This document shows, piece by piece, positions 8,518-18,597 of a stretch of 64,000 nt of DNA. This stretch comes from Deltaproteobacteria bacterium (GTDB lineage Bacteria > Desulfobacterota_D > UBA1144 > Nemesobacterales > Nemesobacteraceae): the NCBI GenBank assembly GCA_029262295.1, contig JAJCZR010000011.1, positions 802-64,801 on the forward strand, read 5' to 3'. How positions within the stretch are numbered: position 1 is the first letter of the stretch; every line of letters starts with the position of its first letter. The notes beneath the pieces are model-generated. The model made no database searches. It was not told the DNA's origin and saw only the letters and a list, made by a program, of their open reading frames with translations. The translations under genes were made by a program, and so were the position numbers.

Positions 8518-9948
8518 ATGGATAAATTTGATTTAACAGTAATTGGATCTGGCCCCGGCGGCTATATTGCTGCAATAAGGGCAGCGCAGCTTGGAATGAA
8601 TGTTGCTATTATTGAGAGGGATAAACCAGGCGGAACTTGCCTTAACTGGGGATGTATTCCTTCAAAAGCATTACTTAAGTGCGCTGAAATGTACACACAT
8701 TTTACCCATTCAGAAGACTACGGAATCAGCCACAAGGGTTTATCATTTGATTACTCAAAAGTAGTTGAAAAAAGCAGAAATGCTTCTTCCACTCTCAGTA
8801 AAGGAGTAGAGTTTCTTATGAAGAAAAATAAAATAACTTCATTAAAAGGAACTGGAAGATTAATTGGTAAAAACAAGATTGCAATTACAGGTGAGAATTC
8901 TTCAGAAATTGAATCTGAAAGGATTCTTCTAGCTACTGGCTCAGTTCCCAGAACAATTCCGGGCCTGGAAATTGATAAAAAGATAGTTATGACAAGTGAT
9001 GAAGCAATAATGCATAAGGAAATTCCCAAATCGGTTGCAATTATTGGTGGCGGCTATATAGGTGCAGAGTTTGCTTATGTTTATAACTCTTTTGGCAGCA
9101 AAGTAACTATTATCGAAATGGAAAAACAGATTATGCCTGGTGCTGATGAAGAAGTGGCAAAAGAAGCTGAAAAATTATTGAAAAAACAGGGAATGAATAT
9201 ACTTACCGGAACCAAATACAAATCATTAAAGAAAAACAAGAGTTCTGCCACTCTCACTGTAGAAGATTTAGTTTCAGGTGAAGAAACACAAATAAAGGCA
9301 GATATGGTTTTAGTTTCGATCGGAAGAAAAGCTGTAGCAAATGCTGCACCTACCTCTTTTAGTTATTATGAAACAGGAGACAGCCTGGGATTAAGTGATA
9401 TTGGAGTTGAACTTGATGATTATGGACACATAAAAGTAAATGATGATTATATGACAACCTGTAGTGATGTATATGCAATAGGTGATGTTATTGGCCCACC
9501 AATGCTTGCACATAAAGCTTCTGAAGAAGGGGTCGTGGCAGTTGAAAGAATGATGGGAATGAACTCAAAAGTTCATTACAACAGAATCCCCGGATGCGTT
9601 TACTGCCAGCCTGAAGTAGCAATGATAGGCCTCACAGAAAAACAGGCAAAGGACCAGGGCTACAATGTTGATATTGGCAAATTCCCTTACAAAGCAGTGG
9701 GTAAAGCCGTTGCAGTTGGTGAGACAGATGGATTTGTAAAAATTATTTCTGATTCTAAAACAGGTGAAATACTTGGCGGGCATATTATTGGACAGGGTGC
9801 AACTGAGATGATAGCTGAAATTGGAATTGCCCAGACACTCGAGTCAACAGCTTTGGAAATAGCTATAACTTCACATGCACACCCCACTCTTTCCGAAGCA
9901 GTAATGGAAGCGGCCCTTGGGGCACTCGGAAGGACCCGCAACTTCTAA
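8518..9948 (+). CDS. lpdA: Second dihydrolipoyl dehydrogenase
   Basis: GSGPGG, GGTCLNWGCIPSK, HAHPTLSE; adjacent to lipB. Confidence 0.95.
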   Translation: MDKFDLTVIGSGPGGYIAAIRAAQLGMNVAIIERDKPGGTCLNWGCIPSKALLKCAEMYTHFTHSEDYGISHKGLSFDYSKVVEKSRNASSTLSKGVEFLMKKNKITSLKGTGRLIGKNKIAITGENSSEIESERILLATGSVPRTIPGLEIDKKIVMTSDEAIMHKEIPKSVAIIGGGYIGAEFAYVYNSFGSKVTIIEMEKQIMPGADEEVAKEAEKLLKKQGMNILTGTKYKSLKKNKSSATLTVEDLVSGEETQIKADMVLVSIGRKAVANAAPTSFSYYETGDSLGLSDIGVELDDYGHIKVNDDYMTTCSDVYAIGDVIGPPMLAHKASEEGVVAVERMMGMNSKVHYNRIPGCVYCQPEVAMIGLTEKQAKDQGYNVDIGKFPYKAVGKAVAVGETDGFVKIISDSKTGEILGGHIIGQGATEMIAEIGIAQTLESTALEIAITSHAHPTLSEAVMEAALGALGRTRNF

Positions 9949-9978
9949 ACAGATATTTTCTGTTATCATACTTCTATA

Positions 9979-10671
9979 ATGCCAGAGCTTGATATATATG
10001 AATTGGGAACAGTTCCATACAGGGAAGCCCTTAGAATCCAGGAACTATTTCTTGAGAAAAGAATTAATAATGAGATAAATGATTCTTTGATCCTGCTTCA
10101 ACACCCACCCACTTTCACAACAGGCAAAAGAGGCGATCCAGCCAATCTATTAGCATCCGAAAAAAAACTAAAGGAACTTGGAATTGATCTTGAAATAATC
10201 TCAAGGGGCGGGGATATAACATTCCACGGCCCAGGGCAAATTGTGGGTTACCCGGTTATAGATCTAAACAACTTTGGAAAAGATATTCACAGATATTTAA
10301 GAGCTCTGGAAAAAGTATTGATTTTGACTTTAAAAGATTTTGACATAGAAGCAAAAACTATTTCAAAACTTACAGGGGTATGGGTTAAAAGAAGCAAAAT
10401 TGCTTCAATAGGAGTTGGTGTGAGAAGATGGGTAACCTACCATGGTTTTGCTTTGAATGTTAACACCAATCTTGATTACTTTGATTTAATTATCCCATGT
10501 GGCATTCAAAACATTCGGATTACATCAATAAAAGACTGGCTTAAGGCAAATTCTGAAATTGATATTCAAGAAGTTATTGAGAATGTAAAAAAGAATTTTC
10601 AATCAGAGTTTCAGTTCTCAAAGTCTAATATTAAAGAAATGAACAATCTTCAAAAAACCTTTCAAACTTAA
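9979..10671 (+). CDS. lipB: Lipoyl(octanoyl) transferase
   Basis: LLQHPPTFTTG, RGGDITFHGPGQIVGYP, KIASIG, HGFALNV, IIPCGI. Confidence 0.95.
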   Translation: MPELDIYELGTVPYREALRIQELFLEKRINNEINDSLILLQHPPTFTTGKRGDPANLLASEKKLKELGIDLEIISRGGDITFHGPGQIVGYPVIDLNNFGKDIHRYLRALEKVLILTLKDFDIEAKTISKLTGVWVKRSKIASIGVGVRRWVTYHGFALNVNTNLDYFDLIIPCGIQNIRITSIKDWLKANSEIDIQEVIENVKKNFQSEFQFSKSNIKEMNNLQKTFQT

Positions 10672-10754
10672 GTCCTAAACAACCTCCTCAAAACATTAAT
10701 TTTATTAACTTTTTTATACATGTATATTTTTAAGTAGTTTTGTGGACAAAAAAC

Positions 10755-13214
10755 ATGCATGAAATTCAAACAAAAGATAAAAAACCTGAAAACTTTCTAT
10801 ATAACATCAGCTCTGAAGATTATACCAACAGTGAGCTTGAAAAACTTCTTGGAAGACAGATTTGGATTACAAACCAGCTTCGCTCAGAACTCTTTGAACT
10901 AACCCAGAAGAACAAATATGATTCAATTATAAATTCAGTTGTTTTAAGCATTTACAGATCTCAAAACATTAAGGAAATTTTCGAAAATGTAGTTGACTCA
11001 ATCTACAAGGTAATTGAATCAATTGACTATATCGCAATATTTAAAGTAGACAAGGATATTGCAAAATTGCAAGCAGATAGGGGTTTTGATGAAAAACAAA
11101 AAACCGGTTTACAAAAAACATCAGATAAAAAAGGGTTCATCTGGAAAACCATAAACAAGAATAAAACCCTTGTTTGTGACGATATATCCCATGAAAAATC
11201 ATTTTCAAGCCATGAAAAATTACTTGGAATCAATTCATACCTTTCAACTCCAATAAAATATTCCGGCAGGTCAATTGGTTCTTTACTTTTATCTTCAAAA
11301 CAAAAGTACATTTCAGATAAAAATATTATAAGACTAATCGAAACTGTGGCACTTCAACTTGAAATTGCACTTAAATATCATTTTCAGGAAAAAAAACTGA
11401 TTGATTCGCAAACTGAACTCCAAAGCAAATTCAAGCAGCTTAAAAAAATGTCGGACCATGAAACAATTATCAGATATGTAGCCGAAAATGTTCATAAATC
11501 CATTGAGCTCCAAGAAGTTATGGATAATTCAGTAAATGCTATGTGCAGATATATGAATACTGCTGAGAATGTCTCAATATATATGGTGGATGGTAATAAA
11601 GCTGTTTTAAAATCATTTCATGGAAAACCCGACTGGAAAGCAATTGGGCTTGAAGAAATACCTTATCCAAAAGGGCTTACCTGGGAAATAATCTCAAATG
11701 GCAACTCACAAATTATTAATAATTCAGAAGAAGGTAATTCAATTGGTAAAAAAGGGTTTGAGTCTGGAATTAGAAGTGTTATTTCAACTCCACTCAAATC
11801 TGCTCAACAAACAGTAGGTGTAATACATATTGTTTCTTCTGAAAAAAACGCCTTTGCCAATGAAGATCTTTCCCTTCTTGAAATTATTGGAAGGCAAATA
11901 GAAAATGCAATAAATAATGCTGGCCAGGCTGAATCACTCAAAAGATCGGAAGAAGCACTCAAAAACAATGTTGAACAGCTTTCCAAAAAAAACCGTTATG
12001 AAACAATAATAAATGCAATTACACAAAGTGTGCACCAATCAATAGAGCTGAAAGATGTTTTGGATAATGCAGTTAAAGCTATGAGTGATAACATAGAAAA
12101 TATTAATAATGTTGCTATTTATTTTGTTGAAGATAATGCCGCTGTCCTTCAGGCTTACAATGGTTATCCAGATTGGTTTATTAAACGCGTTTCCAGAATC
12201 CCAAAACCAAAGGGGCTTACCTGGAAAACAATAATTGATGGAACATCAAGGTATGTTGATGATGTGGAAAATGATGAACATATCGGGACTGCCGGGAGGA
12301 AAGTTGGAACTAAAAGTTACGCGTCTATGCCGATTATTCTTAAAGATAAAACTATTGGGTCTATAAACCTTAGTTCTCAAAAGATTAAAGCTTTCAACGA
12401 AGATGAATTAAGTTTACTTGAACTTGTTTCTAAACAAATAGGCACGGCTATAAATAATGCAACACAGGCTGAGTTGCTTAAAAAAGCCAATGATGAACTT
12501 GAATTAAGGGTGGAAGAAAGAACAAGAAGTTTATCCGTTGCGAATGAAAAACTTATAACAGAAATAAATGAAAGAAAAAAAGTTGAGAATGAAATAAAGA
12601 ACTCTTTGCGTGAAAAGGAAGTACTTCTTATGGAAATTCACCACAGGGTAAAAAACAATTTGCAGATAATCACTAGTCTTTTAAATCTTCAGGCAAACAA
12701 AATTACAGATAAAGACTCACAAAAAATGTTTAACGAAAGCAAATCCAGAATAAAATCAATGTCAATTCTTCATGAACAGCTCTATAGATCAAAAGTAATG
12801 AATCGAATTGACTTTAAAAAGTATTTAACTGATCTATCCAATCATATTTCAAGATCTAATAGTTCACTTAATAAAGATATTAAGTTAAGAATCAAAGCTG
12901 ATGGTGCAATGATTGATATAAACAAGGCAATCCCTTGTGGGCTGATTGTAAATGAGCTTGTATCAAATGCATTTAAACACGGATTTAAAGAAAAACAAAA
13001 ATCAGGGATTATTGAAATTGAGTTTTTTGAAGAAAAAAATCAATGTTACCTAACTGTACAAAACAATGGATCAAGGCTTCCTGATGATTTTAGCCTGGAA
13101 AAATCTGATTCACTTGGTTTACAGCTAGTCTCTTCATTAACAAGACAAATTGATGGAAAACTTAAAATAAATAATGACAAAGGGGCTGAGTTTAGTATTA
13201 AATTCAGTGCATAA
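10755..13214 (+). CDS. Soluble sensor histidine kinase with three GAF domains and a HisKA_2-type core
   Basis: Three GAF-like repeats, H-box [12 protein letters not shown]-box [11 protein letters not shown]-box SLGLQLV; no TM segment. Track start is TTG 10740; in-frame ATG 10755 preferred. Confidence 0.9.
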   Translation: MHEIQTKDKKPENFLYNISSEDYTNSELEKLLGRQIWITNQLRSELFELTQKNKYDSIINSVVLSIYRSQNIKEIFENVVDSIYKVIESIDYIAIFKVDKDIAKLQADRGFDEKQKTGLQKTSDKKGFIWKTINKNKTLVCDDISHEKSFSSHEKLLGINSYLSTPIKYSGRSIGSLLLSSKQKYISDKNIIRLIETVALQLEIALKYHFQEKKLIDSQTELQSKFKQLKKMSDHETIIRYVAENVHKSIELQEVMDNSVNAMCRYMNTAENVSIYMVDGNKAVLKSFHGKPDWKAIGLEEIPYPKGLTWEIISNGNSQIINNSEEGNSIGKKGFESGIRSVISTPLKSAQQTVGVIHIVSSEKNAFANEDLSLLEIIGRQIENAINNAGQAESLKRSEEALKNNVEQLSKKNRYETIINAITQSVHQSIELKDVLDNAVKAMSDNIENINNVAIYFVEDNAAVLQAYNGYPDWFIKRVSRIPKPKGLTWKTIIDGTSRYVDDVENDEHIGTAGRKVGTKSYASMPIILKDKTIGSINLSSQKIKAFNEDELSLLELVSKQIGTAINNATQAELLKKANDELELRVEERTRSLSVANEKLITEINERKKVENEIKNSLREKEVLLMEIHHRVKNNLQIITSLLNLQANKITDKDSQKMFNESKSRIKSMSILHEQLYRSKVMNRIDFKKYLTDLSNHISRSNSSLNKDIKLRIKADGAMIDINKAIPCGLIVNELVSNAFKHGFKEKQKSGIIEIEFFEEKNQCYLTVQNNGSRLPDDFSLEKSDSLGLQLVSSLTRQIDGKLKINNDKGAEFSIKFSA
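11457..12470 (+). repeat. Tandem ~540-bp intragenic duplication (GAF2/GAF3 modules)
   Basis: CATGAAACAATT (11457) vs TATGAAACAATA (11997), and CCAAAAGGGCTTACCTGG (11667) vs CCAAAGGGGCTTACCTGG (12207); both pairs exactly 540 bp apart. Confidence 0.8.
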
Positions 13215-13216
13215 AA

Positions 13217-13756
13217 ATGGAAACAAAAAAAATACTTGTTGTCGAAGATGAAGTTATTGTTGCTGAAGATATTGTTCAAACACTGAAATCACTAGGATAT
13301 GAGGTTCATGGTTATGTAACCTCTGGTGAGGAAGCAATATCAAATGTAAAAGATGAAACACCTGATATCATTCTCATGGATATAAGGCTTTCAGGCGAGC
13401 TAGATGGCATTGAAACTGCGGAAAAAATCAACGAAAAATTTAATATTCCTATTGTTTATCTTACAGCTTATTCAGGCACACATATTCTTGATAGAGCCAA
13501 AATCTCAAGACCTTATGGTTACATAGTAAAACCATTTGATGAGATCAATCTTTATACAACAATAGAAATTGCAATACATAAACACAATGTTCAGGCCCAG
13601 CTTGTAGATGAAACAGAGAATGCCCTGGCATCTGTATATGGATGCATTGAAGTTTTGATTGAAAACTCAGTAAATTTACCAAAAGAGATAAAAGACAAAA
13701 TAGATTTAATAAAAAGATCAACAGATAAAATCAAAAACAGTATTGAAAAACTTTAA
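13217..13756 (+). CDS. Response regulator: REC domain plus short helical C-terminal tail
   Basis: VVEDE acidic pocket, ILMDIRL phosphoacceptor, YLTAYS, YGYIVKPF. Confidence 0.92.
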   Translation: METKKILVVEDEVIVAEDIVQTLKSLGYEVHGYVTSGEEAISNVKDETPDIILMDIRLSGELDGIETAEKINEKFNIPIVYLTAYSGTHILDRAKISRPYGYIVKPFDEINLYTTIEIAIHKHNVQAQLVDETENALASVYGCIEVLIENSVNLPKEIKDKIDLIKRSTDKIKNSIEKL

Positions 13757-13772
13757 TCAGGATAAAAATAAC

Positions 13773-14564
13773 ATGAAAGAGTCCATTTTTAATTATTTCG
13801 ACTCTATACAGGCAAACGATCACATTGCCCATTTGTATGGAAACAATTCTGAAAGATTTGAAATAGCGGCGAGGATTATTGCAGATGGTTTATCAAAAAA
13901 ACAAAAGTGCCTGATTATCAACGATCAAAAAACCCCTTCCGGCCTAATCTCAAGGATTGAAATTTATAAAATTAATTTAAAAAAACATAGAGACAACGGT
14001 GAATTTGTTGAAATTGATCTACAAAAAAGTGGCTTAAATGAAAAAAACCCTGAAGACCTTATTGAGCTACTTGAAAATATAGCAAGCGAAGGAGCTGAGA
14101 CTAAAAGAATAGTTTTAAACAGAAAACTCTCTTTTATATATCTTCATGAAAATTACCAACTTAACCTTGAGGCAAACTTAAATCTTATTGTAAAAAATAA
14201 TCCAATAATTCTTTTCAACCAGTTTGATATAACAAAAATAAGTTCAAGATCACTTTTGAATATCCTAAAAACTCATCCTTTGGTTATAGAAGAAGATTCA
14301 GTTTATAAAAACCCTTTCTATTCAAACCCCAGAAACATAATATTAAAACTGGATAGTGAAATAAACAGACTTGAGAAACTAACACCAAAAGAAAACCAGG
14401 TATTATCGGGTATTGTAAATGGAAAGAGCAATAAAGCTATTGCTGAAGACCTTTCTATTAGCATAAGAACGTTTGAAACTCACAAATATAATATTATGAA
14501 TAAAACTGGTTCAAACAGCATTATTGAACTTATAAAATTTGCTATAAAAAACGGACTTTATTAA
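13773..14564 (+). CDS. MEDS-like sensory domain plus LuxR-type HTH regulator
   Basis: N-terminal DHIAHLY...IADGLSKKQKCLII and LFNQFD...LKTHPLVI resemble MEDS. C-terminal LTPKENQVL...GKSNKAIAEDLSISIRTFETHKYNIMNK is a LuxR HTH. ATG 13773 preferred over TTG 13743. Confidence 0.8.
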   Translation: MKESIFNYFDSIQANDHIAHLYGNNSERFEIAARIIADGLSKKQKCLIINDQKTPSGLISRIEIYKINLKKHRDNGEFVEIDLQKSGLNEKNPEDLIELLENIASEGAETKRIVLNRKLSFIYLHENYQLNLEANLNLIVKNNPIILFNQFDITKISSRSLLNILKTHPLVIEEDSVYKNPFYSNPRNIILKLDSEINRLEKLTPKENQVLSGIVNGKSNKAIAEDLSISIRTFETHKYNIMNKTGSNSIIELIKFAIKNGLY

Positions 14565-14879
14565 ATGAGTAACTCAAAACTAAATAAAATCAAAGAACTT
14601 TATGACAAAAACCCCACAAATCCCCTTGCTAGTTATGGTTTAGCAAATGAATACTTTAAGCTACAAATGTATGAAGAAACAATAAACCAGATTAATGAGT
14701 ATTTAAAAATTAAAGACGACGAGGGTGCAGTATATAGAATGCTGGCTGAATCTTATATTGGACTTGGAAAGACAAAAGAAGCCAAAGAAGCATATAATAA
14801 AGGAATGGAAGCTGCTCTCAGGCATAGCCATGATGGGATGGCTGAAGAGTTTCAGGAAAATATTGATTTCCTTGAATAA
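14565..14879 (+). CDS. Small TPR protein
   Basis: Two TPR-like helical pairs (YGLANEY..., YRMLAESY.GLG..KEA); ATG directly follows the upstream TAA. Confidence 0.8.
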   Translation: MSNSKLNKIKELYDKNPTNPLASYGLANEYFKLQMYEETINQINEYLKIKDDEGAVYRMLAESYIGLGKTKEAKEAYNKGMEAALRHSHDGMAEEFQENIDFLE

Positions 14880-17800
14880 CTATTCTATCTCTAAAACAAG
14901 GTCGCCAGCCTCAGCATTACTTCCTTGTTCAATGACTATTCTTTTTACTTTTCCTTTTATCTGAGATTTCACATTTGTTTGCATCTTCATTGCTTCAATA
15001 ACAAAGAGCGGCTGATCTTTTTTAACAATATCCCCTACTTCAACAAGATAGTTCATAACCTTTCCTGGGAGTGGCGAACCTATATGACCTTCAACCGAAG
15101 GGTCGGCTTTTTCATTAGCTTCACTTTTCAATTCACTGGAACTATCAACAACCCGCACTGGCCTTGGATGTCCATTCACTTCAAATAGCATGGGTACCAT
15201 ACCATTTGATTCTGTCTCCCCAATTGCAAAAAGTTTTATCTGTGTAGAAATACCTTCTTCATCCAAAATAGTTAATTCTTCGCCAGGCTCCATACCAAAG
15301 TAAAATGCTTTTGTAGGTATTACTGAAATATCGCCATACTGTGATTTTTTATTATAAAAATCTTTGAACACCTGAGGATAGAGTTGATAAGAAATAAAAT
15401 CAGTTTCATCTATATTATCTCCAAGCTCCTTTTTAAGTTCTTCCATCTCCTTATTAAAATCAATATTTTTTATATGCTTACCTGGCCTTATTTTTGATGG
15501 TTTTTCATTATCTAAAACAGCTTTTTGCAACTTTTTTGGAAATCCTTTATAAGGTTGTCCTAAATCACCCCTCAACATCTCAACAACTGATTCTGGAAAA
15601 CTAATATTTTTATCAGAGTCAAAAACATCATCCGTAGTAAGGCTGTTTTGAACTAAATACAAAGACATATCCCCAACTACTTTTGAAGAAGGTGTAACTT
15701 TAATAATATCTCCAAAAAGCTGGTTGACTTCAGCATACATTCTCTTCACATCTTCCCATCTGTCACCAAGGCCAAGAGAAGTTGCCTGTGCCCTTAAATT
15801 TGTATACTGGCCACCTGGTATTTCATAAAGATATACATCCGCATTAGGTGATTTCATATCTGTTTCAAATGGGAAGTAAAACTCTCTTACTGACTCCCAA
15901 TAAGAAGAAAGCTTATTAAGCTTATTTAGATCAAGCTCTGTATCTCGCTTTGTACCTTCAAGGGCAGCAACTACTGCGTTTAGGCTTGGTTGTGCTGTAG
16001 TCCCGGAAAGTGAACTAATGGCAAGATCAACTATATCAACTCCTGCCTCAGATGCCTTAATAATCGTAGCCTCACCATTACCACTTGTAGCATGTGTATG
16101 AAAATGAATAGGCAAACCAGTCTCTTCTTTAACAGCTTTTATAAGCTTCTCGGCAGCAAAAGGTTTACAAAGCCCTGCCATATCTTTTATTGCAATAATA
16201 TGGACTCCCATCTTTGCAAGCTTCTTTGCCACATTAACGTAGTAACTAAGAGTATATTTATCTCTGCTTTCATCTGTAATATCACCTGTATAACAGATAG
16301 CTGCTTCAACAACTTTGCCTGTCTTGAGAGCAGAGTTAATAGCGAGCTTCATATTTTCAACCCAGTTAAAACAGTCAAAAACCCTAAAAACATCAATTCC
16401 ATTTGAGGCTGCTTTTTTTATAAACTCATCAACAACATTATCAGGATAGTTTTTATAACCAACCGCATTTGATCCCCGAAGAAGCATCTGAAACATTCCA
16501 TGCGGAATTTTTTCCCGGAGCCTAGAAATTCTTTCCCAGGGAGATTCATGAAGAAATCTCATACAAACATCAAAAGTGGCGCCTCCCCACATCTCAAATG
16601 AAAAAACATCTTTTTCAGCCTGTGAAGTAAAATCTGCAGCTCCCAATATATCAAAAGTTCTCATTCTGGTTGCAAGTAAAGACTGGTGGGCATCACGGAA
16701 AGTTGTGTCAGTTACAAGAAGTTTCTTTTGTTTTAAAATCCACTTTGATAAAGCTTCAGGCCCTTTTTCAGTAAATATTTTTCTGTGTTCAGATGGAAGG
16801 ACATCATCCACCAGACTTTCTAATTTAAATATTGTTGGTGGATTTGATTCCCATTTCAAAGGCCTTTCAATTGCCCTATTAATCGTGATATCACCAATAA
16901 AGTTTAGTACTTTAGTTGTGTTGTCTGGATCTTCTTCAATGTTAAAAACTTCAGGGTTTTTCTCAAGAAAAGTGGTCTCACACTCCCCATTTTTAAAAAC
17001 AGGATGGGATATTACGTTTTTAAGGAATTGAATATTTGTAGCGACGCCTCTTATCTTAAATTCATCAAGTGCACGATCCATCTTGCTTATAGCTTCATCA
17101 AATGTATCCCCCCAAGTTGTAAGCTTAACAAGCATAGAGTCGTAGAAAGGGGTAATAGCTGCACCCACAAATGCACTTGCAGCATCAAGACGTACACCAA
17201 ATCCCCCGGGTGATCTGTATGCATTAATATAGCCTATATCTGGTCTGAAATTTTCATTAGGATTCTCAGTGGTAATTCGACACTGTATTGCGTTACCCCT
17301 TAACTCAATTTTATCCTGCGGGGGAATTTTTATTTCTTTGTCTTCAAAACTGTAACCTTCTGCTATCCTTATCTGGGCTTTTACAATGTCTATACCTGTT
17401 ACCATTTCTGTTACTGTATGCTCAACCTGTATTCTTGTATTCATCTCTATAAAATAAAAATTTTCATCAGAATCAACAAGAAACTCGACAGTTCCGGCGT
17501 TATTGTATTTTGCACCCTTTGCTATTCTTACTGCAGCATCATATATACTGTTTTTTAACTCTTCACTCAAAGTAACAGAAGGGGCAATTTCAACCACTTT
17601 TTGATGACGCCGCTGCACTGAACAATCTCTTTCAAATAGGTGGACAACATTTCCATGTTCATCGGCAAGTATTTGCACTTCTATATGTTTTGGGTCTATT
17701 AGAAATTTTTCAATCAGCATTGCATCATTTCCAAAGGCATTTTTTGCTTCCTGTCTTGCTTCAGAAAGTTGTCCTAAAAGTGATTTTTTATCTTTACAAA

Positions 17801-18344
17801 TCCTTATTCCTCTTCCCCCTCCACCATAAGCTGCTTTTATAAGCACCGGGTATCCGGCTTTTTTTGCAAACTGCGCTGCCTCATTATCATTTTTTATAAA
17901 GTCTTTTGTTCCAGGAACTATTGGCACATTTACCTTTTCAGCAATTTTTCTTCCCTCTGCTTTATCTCCCATTTTAAATATTGCATTTGAAGAAGGGCCA
18001 ATAAATTTAATTCCTGCTTTTTTACATGCTTTTGCAAAATCAGGGTTTTCAGAAAGAAATCCATAACCGGGGTGAATTGCATCCACATCTTTTTCAAGTG
18101 CAAGCTCTATAATTCCTTCAATATCCAAATAGGCTTCAACAGGGCCCTTCCCTTTTCCCACGAGATAAGCTTCATCGGCTTTTATTCTGTGAAGTGATAG
18201 ATAGTCTTCTTCCGAATATATAGCAACTGTGGTTATATCAAGTTCGGTACACGCCCTTATAACCCTTATTGCAATCTCACCACGGTTTGCTATCAAAACT
18301 CTATTGAATGGTCTAATTCTATTACTGCTATTTTTTTTATTCAT
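14880..18344 (-). CDS. pyc: Pyruvate carboxylase, single chain
   Basis: IANRGEIA, HPGYGFLSEN, RDCSVQRRHQK, DTTFRDAHQSLLATR, biotin motif EAMKM; 1154 aa. Confidence 0.97.
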   Translation of the reverse strand: MNKKNSSNRIRPFNRVLIANRGEIAIRVIRACTELDITTVAIYSEEDYLSLHRIKADEAYLVGKGKGPVEAYLDIEGIIELALEKDVDAIHPGYGFLSENPDFAKACKKAGIKFIGPSSNAIFKMGDKAEGRKIAEKVNVPIVPGTKDFIKNDNEAAQFAKKAGYPVLIKAAYGGGGRGIRICKDKKSLLGQLSEARQEAKNAFGNDAMLIEKFLIDPKHIEVQILADEHGNVVHLFERDCSVQRRHQKVVEIAPSVTLSEELKNSIYDAAVRIAKGAKYNNAGTVEFLVDSDENFYFIEMNTRIQVEHTVTEMVTGIDIVKAQIRIAEGYSFEDKEIKIPPQDKIELRGNAIQCRITTENPNENFRPDIGYINAYRSPGGFGVRLDAASAFVGAAITPFYDSMLVKLTTWGDTFDEAISKMDRALDEFKIRGVATNIQFLKNVISHPVFKNGECETTFLEKNPEVFNIEEDPDNTTKVLNFIGDITINRAIERPLKWESNPPTIFKLESLVDDVLPSEHRKIFTEKGPEALSKWILKQKKLLVTDTTFRDAHQSLLATRMRTFDILGAADFTSQAEKDVFSFEMWGGATFDVCMRFLHESPWERISRLREKIPHGMFQMLLRGSNAVGYKNYPDNVVDEFIKKAASNGIDVFRVFDCFNWVENMKLAINSALKTGKVVEAAICYTGDITDESRDKYTLSYYVNVAKKLAKMGVHIIAIKDMAGLCKPFAAEKLIKAVKEETGLPIHFHTHATSGNGEATIIKASEAGVDIVDLAISSLSGTTAQPSLNAVVAALEGTKRDTELDLNKLNKLSSYWESVREFYFPFETDMKSPNADVYLYEIPGGQYTNLRAQATSLGLGDRWEDVKRMYAEVNQLFGDIIKVTPSSKVVGDMSLYLVQNSLTTDDVFDSDKNISFPESVVEMLRGDLGQPYKGFPKKLQKAVLDNEKPSKIRPGKHIKNIDFNKEMEELKKELGDNIDETDFISYQLYPQVFKDFYNKKSQYGDISVIPTKAFYFGMEPGEELTILDEEGISTQIKLFAIGETESNGMVPMLFEVNGHPRPVRVVDSSSELKSEANEKADPSVEGHIGSPLPGKVMNYLVEVGDIVKKDQPLFVIEAMKMQTNVKSQIKGKVKRIVIEQGSNAEAGDLVLEIE

Positions 18345-18413
18345 GAAAACCTCATGTAAAATGTAAGTTGTAACTATAGAAAATATATTAAAAATCCTAT
18401 ATTAACAATAAGT

Positions 18414-18596
18414 ATGAAAGAATTAACATATAAAGTAGTAGAAATTTCTCTTGTAACTGACGAAGAAATTGAAAAAACTATAAACGAGTGGGTTAAAGAA
18501 GGCTGGGATTATGATGGTATTCAGTTTGCAATGAGAGACTCATCAAAAAGGCCTTCTATGGCATTTCTTACTTTTATAAAAAAAGAGACCAAATAA
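18414..18596 (+). CDS. Small DUF4177-like protein
   Basis: YKVVEI...IEKTINEWVKEGW pattern typical of DUF4177; 60 aa. Confidence 0.65.
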   Translation: MKELTYKVVEISLVTDEEIEKTINEWVKEGWDYDGIQFAMRDSSKRPSMAFLTFIKKETK

Positions 18597-18597
18597 A

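Noticed and set aside
8512-8521. Perfect eukaryotic Kozak sequence GCCACCATGG at the lpd2 start
   Set aside because: The context is entirely bacterial, so this is coincidence.
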